Of a stretch of 64,000 nucleotides of DNA, positions 1 to 13,545 are shown in pieces (the stretch's first letter is position 1; each line of letters opens with the position of its first letter). Both the position numbers and the translations under genes were made by a program. The notes under the pieces are model-generated. The model had not been told where the DNA came from, searched no databases, and worked only from the letters and a program-made list of their open reading frames with translations. The DNA comes from Nitrosopumilaceae archaeon (GTDB taxonomy: Archaea > Thermoproteota > Nitrososphaeria > Nitrososphaerales > Nitrosopumilaceae), in assembly GCA_965207375.1 (NCBI GenBank), contig CBDBMG010000003.1, positions 480,001 through 544,000 on the forward strand. The letters run 5' to 3'.

Positions 1-310
1 GGTTATATAAGCAACCAAAAACTCTGATATCAAGTAAGGCCAAGAAGTTGAACATTTTATTAAGAATTCTTTCACTTGAATGACATACAATAGTTTACAG
101 GGCACTTTCACAACTATGATTGGCTTTGTCACTTGGCCACCTTTTTGTACTATCATCTTTTATAAGGTGGCCAAGTGACAAAGCCAATCATAGTTGTGAA
201 AGTGCCCTGTAAACTATTGTATGTCATTCAAGTGAAAGAATTCTTAATAAAATGTTCAATTTCTTGGCCTTACTTTATATCAGAGTTTTTGGTCGCTTAT
301 ACGTATAACC
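1..310. repeat. Foldback hairpin / palindromic MITE (arms ~1-143 and ~164-310)
   Basis: GGTTATA..GGCCACCTT is the near-perfect reverse complement of AAGGTGGCC..TATAACC, with a ~20 bp loop. It may continue upstream of the window. Confidence 0.85.
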
Positions 311-349
311 ATTGTGGCTTCTGATTGGCCTCGCACTTTTTATACCCAA

Positions 350-1888
350 GGTGTTTTTACTTAGCATTTTACTCACAGCTACATTTAGTAAACTTATTAA
401 GAGTGGGTAGAACTTCAAATGTTGATAATGTAGGGTGATCGCCAGTGTTGCCCATATAAGATATTTGATTGTGGGTTTAAGTTTTACATCATTTTTGTAG
501 CACCAAATGCTGAAATTTGGAAGTTTATATTTTGTTCTCTCTAAATTGCCTCTCAAATTTCACTAAAAGCTTATAATCACCAGATCTAACAAAGTATGTA
601 TAGCTCACATCAACCTTCTCCTTCTCTAATATCACCGTCAAGCCAAATTCAACTAATCTTTTATGTCACAAAACTACAATAGCATCAACTAAAGCCATGC
701 TCCATGAAGTTGAAGTACTCAAGAGTCACAGTGTACAAACTCACATGATCACCTATTTTATGTGATAATTCATAATTGTGCTCATATGCACACAATTTAT
801 TAATTTCAGTCACAGCTAGACAGTAACTTAATCTTTTCCTTGACAATATAATATTGTATAATTTCCTACAAAGTTTGACCACACTAGAATATTGTATTCA
901 TGCATGTACACATGCACACAAACATACTATCAAACACACCCTCGTTACAGCGTACACATACAAATAAAAACTAATCATCAAATTTTTTGGCAGAGTGTTT
1001 TTGATTACCGTAAACAACGAAAGTTTGGAGGGACCAAAGTTTGGCGAATTTGACGAATTGTGATATTTTGCCAAACTTTATTTGTCAACATATACGTAGC
1101 TAACATTATAGACTACCAGTATATGGCCTGATTCACGTTCCGCTACACCTACGTCTATTAAATCACTACACGTGGCAGGTATTTTAACTTGGCCAAGCCC
1201 ACTGATGATCACTTGCCGGGACTCTCAGTAGTAAATTGCCTTCTTCAGCCATTGCTTCAGCCAATTCAGAGGTTTGTTCTGTGATCAATAGCGACTGCCA
1301 TCCGCCATTTTCCAACACATGTATATACTCACTGTTTGGCACCGCGCTGCCTCGTGCGGCTTTTAAACTATTGATCATGTGGAGAAATTCGCCAAACTTT
1401 CTTCCGCCAAATTGATTTCTTTGCTGTTTCAGTCCCTCCAAAGTTTCGTCATTTACGGTATAAAGATGTTCAAATTTTACCATTTGGTTATTGATAGACC
1501 CTGTCATGCATAATGACATACTCTACACAGTAAGCAGTTGATATTCTCTTGGTCTCTTCACTGAGTTTAGTGCCGACAGTGTTGAATGATGTGCAGGTCA
1601 TGAAGCTCGGCATACATCTCCTCTCCAGGTGTCAGCTGAAGAGAGAGGTCCAGGAGTCGGGGCTGACCTGATGTGACCTTCGGGATAAACATTATCACTA
1701 AATTTATTTCAAGGCAGCTTAACCGATGCTATATTACACACTAATATTAGCAAATAATAGCAGAGTATTAAGAAGAATAGAATTGTACATACGTACAAAA
1801 TATTTTAAAACAACTTGGCACTCTTATTAAGAATAGTGAGTGAAATATTAGTCATCAATCAACTAAAACTATTGCTATTTTACCACTT
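350..1888 (+). repeat. Segmental duplication, copy paralogous to ~5868-6968
   Basis: Colinear, highly similar sequence (near-identical ORFs 685-882 and 6173-6400; 1540-1880 matches 6610-6965). This copy carries an extra MITE at 1008-1458. Confidence 0.9.
1008..1458. mobile_element. Tc1/mariner-type MITE with TA target duplication
   Basis: TA|CCGTAAACAACGAAAGTTTGGAGGGAC ... GTCCCTCCAAAGTTTCGTCATTTACGG|TA. The paralog has the empty site GATTATCAAGATG at ~6521. Confidence 0.9.
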
Positions 1889-1890
1889 TT

Positions 1891-2790
1891 CATTAAGTAC
1901 GGTAGTACTTAATAGTAGGGATTGACATGAAAAAACATGGCATTTCACTTTTACGCGCATGCATAATACTATTGTTTACTCACAAGCGGTAGTAAGTGGC
2001 TTTGCTTATAATCACCTTATATATCAATCGATTAGGATGGTTATCTAGATTGGTTATCATTAAATTACAGTTCATTTATAGCCACGTAAAGCATTTTTTA
2101 GATTTTAAAGTTACATAATGATCCTGTGGTATGTGGTATGCTAAACTTACGTTATTCCTTAAGTTATAAGGAACAATTTAGTATATAGTTTTATGGGTGA
2201 TGTTTTACAGGTGCTTGGTAACAAGAACGTTAACATAATAAAATATCTGTATTATAACCAAATATATTTGAAAAACATCGAAAACTATTTGTCTAAGTTA
2301 TATATTGGCAAGTATTCTGAAGTTAAGGATGTAATATAGTACATGCAAAACACTGCGCCTGTTAGTATTAATGGCAAATACATTACTATGTGTGCAAGTG
2401 GCTGTTTTGTGACGTAATAAGTTGAAAGCGCAACACCTCGATTAACACTTTCTTTCGTGATTTTCTCACATTGTTTAATGGATACAGAAAGAAAAGAAAG
2501 ATAGTGAAGGATGAAAAGAAACTCCATGGCGCAGTTGATAAATCTTCATCGAAACAACAGTTTCGTAAATCAGATGCGATTACCTTTGTTGTGTGAAAAA
2601 TTTGGAGCCATACTCCTAGTGCTAATGGGTCTTATGGCAGGAAGGTAGGCCGGCAGTCAGATGAAATACTGGTAGATTTCAAATTTTTTAATATTCTCTA
2701 CAGATCGCATCGTTAGGATTTTCATGGCGTTAACAAAGGTACCAATGCATTTTAGTCGGCTTTATCGGGTAAAGTATATTGTGAGGCGTG
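1891..2790. mobile_element. Non-autonomous DNA element, CATTAAGTAC-terminus family (partial)
   Basis: Starts CATTAAGTACGGTAGTACTTAATAGTAGGGATT, as at 8550. The interior at 2540-2790 matches 15716-15970. Confidence 0.65.
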
Positions 2791-2946
2791 TTATGAACAC
2801 ATGGCCAGACACGCCATTGCCCAGAAAATCACCACACAGCCACTGTAACTCACGATATCCACTGTATCATCTTTCTTGATTAACATAAACAATAACTGAA
2901 GTTGAATAAAACTTTAACTAGATTCTGCATGCAACAATCCATAAAG

Positions 2947-3395
2947 TAGGCCTGGGCAATTAATCAACTTAAACATGAATATTGGAAATAATCACGATGT
3001 CCATTATTTACGTACATAGTTTATAAAGACAAGGGCACCAGACTCTAGGTTATATGAGTCAATATGAAGCAAAACATACTTGTCTGCTATTTTAACATCA
3101 TGATTGTTGTCATCAAAACATCACAATTTTTGATTATATCCAACATATACAAATAACCAGAAAACACAGCAAAACAGAAAGTTTTTATGCCTCTTTTAGT
3201 ATATTATGCATCTTTATTTTGGCTTGTAACTATTTAGACATTGTATTTTTGAGGTTAAATCTATTTTCTGGTGTCTTTTTCTGTATAAAAATTATGTGAA
3301 TAATGGACATCATGATTATTGTCAGCATTATTGTCATCACGATTATTTCTCAATAATCACGATTATCGATTAAATCGATTAATTCCCCAGGCCTA
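2947..3395. mobile_element. hAT-like MITE (TAGGCCTGGG termini)
   Basis: TAGGCCTGGGCAATTAATC ... GATTAATTCCCCAGGCCTA. No clean TSD seen. Confidence 0.65.
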
Positions 3396-4959
3396 GTCTT
3401 AATGGTCACAAGCCAAAACGAGGCAAATATAAACTTGATTTTGACTATTACTTATTTTGTCATAAATCGGATACAATCGAAAATCGTGATGTTTTTATGA
3501 CACTAATCGTGATGTCACAATTCATACGATTTCTCAGGCCTACTGCGAAGGTGTTGCTTTTTCCAGTAAATAACCTCATAGGTGCGTGTACTCTTTAGGA
3601 TAGCCGCTATAAAATGAATAATGAAAGTTTCAAATGATCGATCCATGCCGTGGTTACTTATTCCACGTTCTGATCGTTAACAAGTTGTGAACAAGAAACT
3701 TTAATATTTACCATCTGTATAATAACTCCCAACATACAAACACAGACACAAGAGTATTGATCAGATTAAATCTGGTACATGCAATAGATGGTACCCATTT
3801 TATATTTGAGGCCTTCCAAAAATTATAATATAAAATTTGAACAGCCTTAATTAAAGCAACTCAAGATTTAAATGCTCTTTTATACCTATACATACAAGAT
3901 TTGATTATGGGTTTGTTTATTACACAACATTTCTTTAGCCATTGCAAACCATTTGACTACTGATATCCAATAACTCAAAACTGAGACAGTTTCTACTTCA
4001 TTGCACATACACACCTTATATGAATTCTAAATATTGCAAAACTTGTCATGATAAGTGCCAATTATTACGATATTGCGTATGTAAGCTCCCACTGCACAAC
4101 CAACTAATTCTCATGATGAGCACGTCACACGACAGGTACTCTATAAATGCATCGATCGAAATGTGCCATACCTACTTTCATAACCAACAGCTCACACTTT
4201 TGTTAATAATATATAACCACTAAAAACAGTTAAATTAATACCCGATACAACATACATTACCTTAGTCTGTTTAAAAAGATCATTACGATTGGCTTTGTTT
4301 ATAAAGACATGTCCACCATTAGTATCATTAAAAACTTACTTAATGCACTATATATCATGCACTAATCAGTAAAATCACCTAAGGCACTTGTTACAAGAGA
4401 CTTGTAACTGTACTCTTGTGTGTGCATGCAATAAACACGCAAGTCATACTGAGAGACACGGAGAAAAAATGTAAATTTCACCATACAAGTGTCAAGATTG
4501 AGTTGATCTGTACCGTAATTGATAACTTGAAACCATCCAAGGAAATTCCTAAGATAACAAAGCTGCTCATTTTACAAGATAGTTACGTATATCCTAGTGA
4601 AGCCATACATCAAAGAAACAAAGTGTGCTGTATAGTTATAGTTGCCTTCTTATAAAAACCATTTCAGGCATATGGCTACTTTAAGATGATAAAGTAACTA
4701 CACACATTACACAAACATATCCAGAGGTATGCAATTGGCATAACTACGTAAATAACTCATGATGTGATAGCAGCTGCGTGAGTGACTGTTGTTCACTATA
4801 CATGATATATGACTGTATCAAAGATACCAGTAGTTTATTCTCTGTGCCGGCTCTATACATTATACAACTGTACAAATGTACACATGAAATTACCAATGAA
4901 AATTTAAAATTATTGAAATTCTGCGCTAATAATACCCATCCTAAGGTAATTGCTTCTAA

Positions 4960-6140
4960 GCTGGTTTGGCCAATCTGTTAATTTAGCCAATAATTTTAAC
5001 CCCTCCAATTAGTGATTGGAGGTATTTCAATTATTCAATATGGGTAAGGTATAAGCTCATACAGAACATCATTTTATATACATAATGCATTCCATTATTG
5101 TAATGTAAAAATCATACTATTATGTAGTGTAGGAATTATAATAATATGGGTGTACAAATAATAAATGCATACAAAGACGTTAAGCAGACTACTAGCATAA
5201 AACTGGTTGTGTGTAGTCATGTTAATGTCACGACCTGATTTAAAACTCATGACCGACTTTAAAAGTGGTTAATCAGGTTCATAACGGGTTGACCAATTTT
5301 GAAATGGTATAACTATATTATTAGAGTATCCTTTTAAAGGGATAGCTATAGGTATTGTACAGTAGTAACTAGTCTTGCATGGCCACACCCTCTTCTTTGC
5401 ATGTTGACTAGCATTAAATGCCCTGCCGGAAGATGTAAGGTAACAGGAAAGCTGACCAACTGATGGCTAGTGCTGGCTTGGTTGAACCATACAATACTTT
5501 TCATTAGACAAATCAAACGCTGACTATCATATCACACCGATTTCATCAGTTACAAAATTAATTCACCAATATTAAACTGGATCAACAGAAATAACTAGGC
5601 CAATAACTACTGACCCACTTTAAAACAAATAGGTGGCCAGTTTTAAATTGGGCTATAACAAAAATATAACAATGTAGCATTTACTATACTGTGCAATGAA
5701 CTGATTACCATAGTAAACATTGTTTTGATCATTGTGGGTCTCTTTTGGGCCTTCCAAAAATTAAATGCATTTAGTGCACACACTGACTATAGTGTTTGTC
5801 AAGGCTTAGCCTCTTCTTTTATATCTCTACATGTGACATTTAATTGTGGGTTTTGATTTTTACAATGTTTTACTCACAGCTACATTTAGTAAACTTATTA
5901 AGACTGCATAGAACTTCAAATGTTGATAATGTTGGGTGATGATCAGTGTTGTCTACATAAGATATTTGATTGTGGGTTTAAATTTTAAGTCATTTTTGTA
6001 GTCCCAAGTGATGAACTTTGGAAAATTCATATTTTGTTCCCTCCAAATTGCCTCTCAAATTTCACTAAAAGTTTATAATCACCAGATCTAATAAAGTATA
6101 GCTCACATCAACCTTTTCCTTCTCTGATATCACCGTCAAT
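4960..6140 (+). repeat. Segmental duplication, copy paralogous to ~9650-10880
   Basis: Colinear match, e.g. CCAATCTGTTAATTT at ~4970 and 9661, and ATAACGGGTTGACCAATTTTGAAATGG at 5281 and ~9957. Confidence 0.9.
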
Positions 6141-7320
6141 CCAAATTTACTACATCCAACTAATCTTTTATGTCACAAAACTTCCATTACTACAATAGCA
6201 TCAACTTTAAAGCCATGCTCCATGAAGTTGAAGTACTCAAGAGTAACAGTGTACAAACTCACATGATCACCTATTTTATGTGATAATTCAGAAGTGTGCT
6301 CATATGCACACAATTTATTAATTTCAGTCACAGCTAGACAGCAACTTAATCTTTTCCTCGACAATATAATATTGTATAATTTCCTACAAAGTTTGACCAC
6401 ACTAGAATATTGTATTCATGCATGTACACATGTACACAAACATACTGTCAAACACACCCTCGTTACGAAACACACATACAAATAAAAACTAATTGTCAAA
6501 TTTTTTGACAATGTGTATTTGATTATCAAGATGTTCAAATTTTACCATTTGGTTAATGACAGACCCTGTCATACATAATGACATACTCTACACAGTACAC
6601 ACCTCATAAGCAGTTGATATTCTCTTGGTCTCTTCACTGAGTTTAGTGCCGAAAGTGATGAATGATGTGTAAGTCATGAAGCTCAGCATACATCTCCTCC
6701 CCAGGTGTCAGCTGAAGAGAGAGGTCCAGGAGTCGGGGCTGGCCTGATGTGACCTTCGGGATAAACAATATCACTTAATTTATTTCAAGGCAGCTTAACC
6801 AATACTATATTACACACTAACATTAGCAAATAATAGCAGAGTATAAAGAAAATATTAGAATTGTACATATGTACATAATACTTTTAAAAAACTTGGCACT
6901 CATTATTAAGAGCAGTGAGAGTAATATTAGTCATCAATCAACTAATACTATTGCTATTTTACCACTCCTTGTATTTATAGCAATATTTGTACTATTTGAT
7001 TTGACAACTAAAATTATCAAATATACTGTTCATTTGAGTCTTAGTATATAATCTCTTCATTGTACAATTCTTAATATTGTAGATCTCATCAATGACACCT
7101 TCAGTTGAGTACTGAGTGGTGTTATGAGGTCAATAATTATTACGATCGATCAAAATCAACGTGCTGATCTATGGCATGATTTCTGGCTGGTTGTGACCTT
7201 CCTCTTACCCATGATCATGTCTATAAGAAGCATTGAACAAGATACTTGTGTTTACCATGATTTATGTATCTATTCTTCTAGCGTATGTAGCTATATGTAT
7301 AACAATTCCCAACACTCATA

Positions 7321-7500
<180 letters not shown>

Positions 7501-7542
7501 ACAACAGAGTGGTACGTACATATATGCTGAATACATTATAGG

Positions 7543-7999
7543 CAGAGTTGGGGTCATTACTTTTAAAAAGTAACTAGTTACAAGTTACAAGTTACTTTCA
7601 GGAAATGCAACTTGTTACCGTTACTTACTCTCTCAAAAAAGTAACTAGTAATATATTACTAGTTACATTTTACATTAAAATTCACTTGTTTTGTAGTAAA
7701 AATCATGTTTAGCAATCAATTCTCTGATATTAAGTAGTTAAAATATGTCTGTGTAACACTATTCATGATTGCTAACACAATTTTTAAAGGAGTTTTATTG
7801 AAATTACTATCAGTGAACGGACTTTCACAGGAAAATACGGAAAGTAATATAACTAATTACGTATGAAACTTTGCAAAAGTAATATTATTACTAGTTACAC
7901 ATTACTTTTGAGAAATGTAACTTGTTAAGTTACTTAGTTACTTTAAAAGTAATATATTACGTAACTTAGTTACAAAGTAACTAGTTACCCCCAACTCTG
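7543..7999. mobile_element. hAT MITE
   Basis: TIR CAGAGTTGGGG / CCCCAACTCTG. Perfect 8-bp TSD ATTATAGG at 7535-7542 and 8000-8007. Subterminal GTAAC/GTTAC repeats. Confidence 0.92.
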
Positions 8000-8549
8000 A
8001 TTATAGGCCCCTCGAGACCTTCCCAAAAATTTTAATTCATAAAATGCGTATGTTTTAGGTTTTCCTTTTATAAAAGTGACCATATTTGGGAAAATGTGCA
8101 TATGTAGTTCACACATCTGATTTTTCTCATTCAAAGATTCATAAAATCTGATAGGAACAGTACACAGATCTGTAATGATAGAGGAATGGTAGCCCCATAA
8201 ACCCTGCAAGTGTCAAGTCTATCCACGTATGCCAATATGTAACTTAGACAAATAGATTTTGCAATTGTATTTTGCTATAATACAGCTACTTTTCTATTGT
8301 TAACAAGCGCCTGTAAACAAGCATAATTAAGTAGGTTCCTTCAGTCATATTGTAGCATGTGATTCCATATTTGTGATCATATTTGCGAAAACATTTATAC
8401 GTAGTTCACACATCCAGTTTTTCAAATTTGAAGATTCATAAATCTATTAAGGATGAACCTCATTTCAGGCATATGGCAAGTTTAAGATGATAAAGTAACT
8501 ACACACATTACACAATATTAAGAGGTAGAGCTACATTTAGTAAACTTAT

Positions 8550-9554
8550 CATTAAGTATGGTAGTACTTAATAGTAGGGATTGGCGGGAAATCGTATGGT
8601 TTCCAGAAAAATTCGAGCTTTAAAAATTTACCTTGCAATAGACTTTACCCGAAAAACCGGCTGGAATGCATTGGTAAGGCTGAAATGATGCTGTACCTTG
8701 GTTAAACGAAGCAACAAGTTGAATATTTCGATCTACAGCCAACTTTGAAAATTTCGAAATTCACCTGTATTTCGTCTGCCAGCAAGCCAGCCATAAGACC
8801 GGGTTGCGCTAGGTGTAGGGCTCCAGAAATTTCACACGATAAAGGTAATGGCGGCGGATTTACGAAAATGTTGTTCCGAGGACGATTTACTCACTGCACC
8901 ATGGCGATTCCTTTTATCCTTCATTCCCTTCCTTGTTCCTCTATATTCCTTTAGCAAGGTGCGAATCTCACCAAAGGTGACAATAGCCTGTAACGGCTAC
9001 TACTTATTACATTACACAAAAGCCTGGCTTGTACGTGATATAATCAGTTTAATACAGTGGCACAATCGTGAAAGATTATAGCCTTGGACAAATAGCTTTT
9101 GTGTTTTTCGAGCATTATTTGCTATCACACTGCTATCACACAGCTGCTTTGTCATGTAAGTGTGTTGTTAACAAGCGCCTGTAAACAAGCATAATTATTA
9201 CGTAAGTGCCTGTAACATTTTGTGAACTTGCTGAAAGATTATCATGAATGCTTAGCATGTATAAAAAGCAAACAAACTAGAATGATAAAAAATTAAAAAT
9301 TCAAATGGTAAGTAGGGATTGAATTCAATAGTGCTACAAAAAGTAAGGAAACAAGGAATAAGATTTTGGGACGAGAGAACATTCTGGCATGAGATAATTT
9401 ATAAAAGTTAATCCCTACTTTGGCAAACCTACTACTGAAGTGAGCCAAAAGTAGGGATTAAACTAGGGATAAAGGTTGATTATTAAAGCACAAAATTTCC
9501 GGAAGCCATACGATTTCCCACCGATCCCTACTATTCAGCACACTGTACTTAATG
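8550..9554. mobile_element. Non-autonomous TIR element, CATTAAGTA..TACTTAATG family
   Basis: ~55-bp imperfect TIR: CATTAAGTATGGTAGTACTTAATAGTAGGGATTGGCGGGAAATCGTATGG / CCATACGATTTCCCACCGATCCCTACTATTCAGCACACTGTACTTAATG. Confidence 0.8.
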
Positions 9555-12408
9555 ATAAAAATTACTTAAAATTTGGTTACACTACAAAATCACTAAAATT
9601 TGTCTGCACTAGTAATATCTATATAGTCTGTGGTAAGCTATTTTGGTAGGTAAGTTTTGACCAATCTGTTAATTTTGCCAATAATTTTAATCCCTCCAAT
9701 TAGTGATGGGAGGTATTTCAATTATTCAATATGGGTAAGGTATGAGTTCATACTGAACATCATTTTATATACGTAATGTATTCCATTATTGTAATGTAAA
9801 AATCATACTATTATGCAGTGTAGATTTTATATTAATATGGGTGTAAAAATACATACAAAGATTTTAAGCAGACTACTAGCATAAACTAGTTGTGTGCAGT
9901 CATGTAAATGTCATGACCTGATTGATGACCGACTTTAAAACTGGTTAATCAGTTTCATAACGGGTTGACCAATTTTGAAATGGTATAACTATATTATTAG
10001 AGTATCCTTTTAAAGGGATAGCTATAGGTATTGTACAGTAGTAACTAGTCTTGTGGGGCCACACCCTCTTCTTTGCATGTTGACTAGCATTAAACGCCCT
10101 GCCTAAAGATGTAAGGTAACAGGAAAGCTGACCAACTGACGGCTAGTGCAGGCTTGGCTGAACCATACAGTATTTTTCATCAGACAAATCAAAGCTGACT
10201 GTCCTATCACATTGATTTCATCAGTTACAAAATGAATTCACCAATATTAAACTGGATCAATGGTCAATAACTAATGACCCAATTTCACTTTAAAACAAAT
10301 ATTTAGCCAGTTTTAAAACCAGATGGCACTGTAACAAAAATATTACAATGGCGATAATTTACTATACCGTGGAATGAACTAATTACCATGGTAACAATTG
10401 TTTTGATCATTGTGGGCCCTTTTCAGGCCTTGCAAAAATTCAATATGTTTACAACCACCATGTATATGGCCATTTAGTCAAGGTTTATCCTCTTCTTTTA
10501 TATCTCAACGTGACATTTAATTGTGGGTTTTGATTTTACTCACAGCTACATTTAGTAAACTTATTAAGACTGCATAGAACCTCAAATATTGATAATGTAG
10601 GGTAATGATCAGTGTTGCCTATATAAGATATTTGATTGTGGGTTTAAGTTTTAAGATATGTACATCATTTTTGTAGTCCCAAGTGATAAACTTTAGAAAT
10701 TCATATTTTGTGTGATTGTGGGTTTAAGTTTTAAGATATGTACATCATTTTTGTAGTCCCAAGTGATTCCCTCCAAATTGCCTCTCAAATTTCACTAAAA
10801 GCTTATAATCACCAGATCTAATAAAGTACAGCTCACATCAACCTTTTCCTTCTCTGATATCACCGCCAAGCCAAACTTCGCTTTGCAAGACTCGACTCCA
10901 GGTTATTATTTCAAAATTATAAAACCCAGCAGCTAACCTGATGATTAATCAAGCACTACTCTCAGCATTTCCACTTATGTTGAGTAATCGGGTGCCTGGC
11001 AGGTGTTAGCCAATCCCGTGGCTAATCCACAGTAGCTGACATCACATATCACGCAAATTACTAATGGCTCAGATATTGCTAATGGATGATGAAATCGACT
11101 ACCGTACTTTTAGTAGTGATTTCAAGTGTAAGCATCTTAGTACTAAGAAACTTGTCTCTTCGTAACACCGGCATACCATTTTCTAATTGCAGTAACAAGT
11201 CACATAGTGCACCACCTTATGTTTGTGTGTTGATAGCTAGCTGGCACTAATTATTATTCAGTGAGCCTACCAGTTGTGTTGTTGATTTATGTGTTGATCA
11301 CGACACTGACATCCCTACCATTAGAAATTTACAGCTACATACTCCGGATTTGCGCCTAGTGCAGGATTGCCAGTTTGGGGGTCTAGAGACAAATTCTGCA
11401 CTTGGCTTAGCCCCGTGCTATATTGTCTCTTGTCCTGTATTTACCATACACACTTGCAGTGGTGCTTTAACTAATAGAGATGGCATGGTTAAGGCCCCTT
11501 GAGGTCTTCCAAAAATTTTAATTTAGCATGTTAACCAATGATACTTGTTAAGATCAAGGTTACTCCAGCTTTTCTTTTATAAACACACATGTTATATTTG
11601 ATTATGGGTTTGAATATTTTAATTCACTTCACAATATAGCTAGCCATTGTAAACCATTCATCCATAACTTTCAGATAGCGCTATTGAGACAGTTTTTAAT
11701 TAACACATTATACATACACATTATACATACATCTCCACTTTAAACATATCAGTGTTGCTCATACGTATTAGAGATTTGATTGTGACTTCAAGTATTTAAA
11801 TTGTGGTACAAGGTGGCCTACTGTATTTTTGCGGACTGGACTCAGACAGGTGCAGAATATGGAATAACAAACTTTTCAGGATTTTTCATTTATTCTCTAA
11901 AAATTTTGGTTTGCAAATTGCAGTCTTCCATACTAGTAACCAAACTTATACACATGCACATAGCTGTTAAACACAAACCGAATTTAATTCCATCTCCATG
12001 GCTGTGACATCCACACACACACACACCACACACCCAGACTCCCTGCCTAAGAGGTCTACTGTTCAGTATCCCTCCCCTATCAATATCTGCCATGCATACA
12101 CAAAATGATACATTACACATCAGCTGCTATGTTGTATAAACTTATTACAAGATTTCCTCCCCAAAGCAATGAAAAACTCCGATCTTTAGTACAAAACAAG
12201 TGGTTTCTCTCCCATGCTTACACATTCAAAATATATAAGGACCGTATTCTTAACCATACAAAAAACTCACCTCTCACAACAAGGCCCACTGTTTATCCAT
12301 CTTGGCAATAAGCAATTTATAATCTTCCTTATTTACACAATCCCATGTGACTCTTGTATCAGATACGCGCACGCGCATACATTAGTCACATTTCCAGCGT
12401 TCTTACGA

Positions 12409-12486
12409 AGTCTCGCGCGCCAGACACTTAAAAAATAAAGCCACCACAAATAAAAACGAAAAAAAGCGATCTGGCTCGCGAGACTA
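12409..12486. mobile_element. Tiny MITE (AGTCTCGCG..CGCGAGACT)
   Basis: AGTCTCGCGCGCCAGA / TCTGGCTCGCGAGACT inverted termini around an A-rich core. Confidence 0.65.
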
Positions 12487-13545
12487 GTCTTATACGCGCG
12501 ATAATAAATCTTGCTTAGCCCCACCTCCAACAAGTAAACTTTAGCCTTAGTAAGTTTCACTGCTAAACTTTCGAGGCCCGTGAACTTTTCAACGCTTATG
12601 CTATTTACACGTATTCACAGATAGCTACTGCAATATTCTGGTACTTTTTACAGTAGAAGGCTTTCCACCTGGTAATGACATAATCAGCGTAGATAATATA
12701 CTATCGATCATTAAAGAATCAAAATACTCTAATAAAGCAGTCACTTATCCTTATACCATGCCAATGACAAGACTTTTTTGCTAGAATCCATGCATGCCTC
12801 GATCCATGCAGAGCAAACTCGAGGTTTGTAACTTGGGTGCTCTACCAGGATAAATGACTGCTTTATTAGAGTATTTGGATTACAATTGTATAGATGCTCT
12901 ATCCCTCTACTTTTAACTCTATAGCCCCACCCTTCAGTCTCCACCTTCTGCAACTTACGCACAAAACTAACTACGCCAGACTTTCCGGGCAAACGTACGT
13001 ATGTCAATCAGATTATGAGCCACTCATCATCTCCAAAGGCCTCATTGCACAGAAGGATTCACCCAAACGCAGCTAATCTATGAGGTATGCTCAACCAGCA
13101 TGCCTAGCTATAAGGTGCAAACATCATATTTACAACACGGAGTCCAGTCCAGAATCCAGAATCCAGTCCAGAGTCCAGTCCAGGTTTTATCACTTCCCCC
13201 TGCTAATACTACTGAACGGTACCATCGACCGTGTCAGTCAGGAAATGTTGTTCAAGACGCAAATTAGACGGTGTGCTGCTGCTCATTTCCTTTGGGATCA
13301 AGTCACCGATTTTCTTCTATAGTCAGTGCCCGCGGATTGGTATAATATTCAAGGAAGAAATGAAAGCATCACGTGGGGAAAACACTGCTGCATCCATTAT
13401 AATCATTGGTTTTCAATTATCCAAACGAAATTAATCCAAGCAAAACCTAAAAGTTTGCCCAAAAATTCGCCCCCCCCCCCCCCCGGTATACTGTGCCTCA
13501 CGTGAAAAACTTCGTCTCGGTTCAAATTATTACCGTGGCTGAGCA

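Noticed and set aside
1184-1519. 111-aa ORF
   Set aside because: Spans a MITE boundary and is absent from the paralogous copy.
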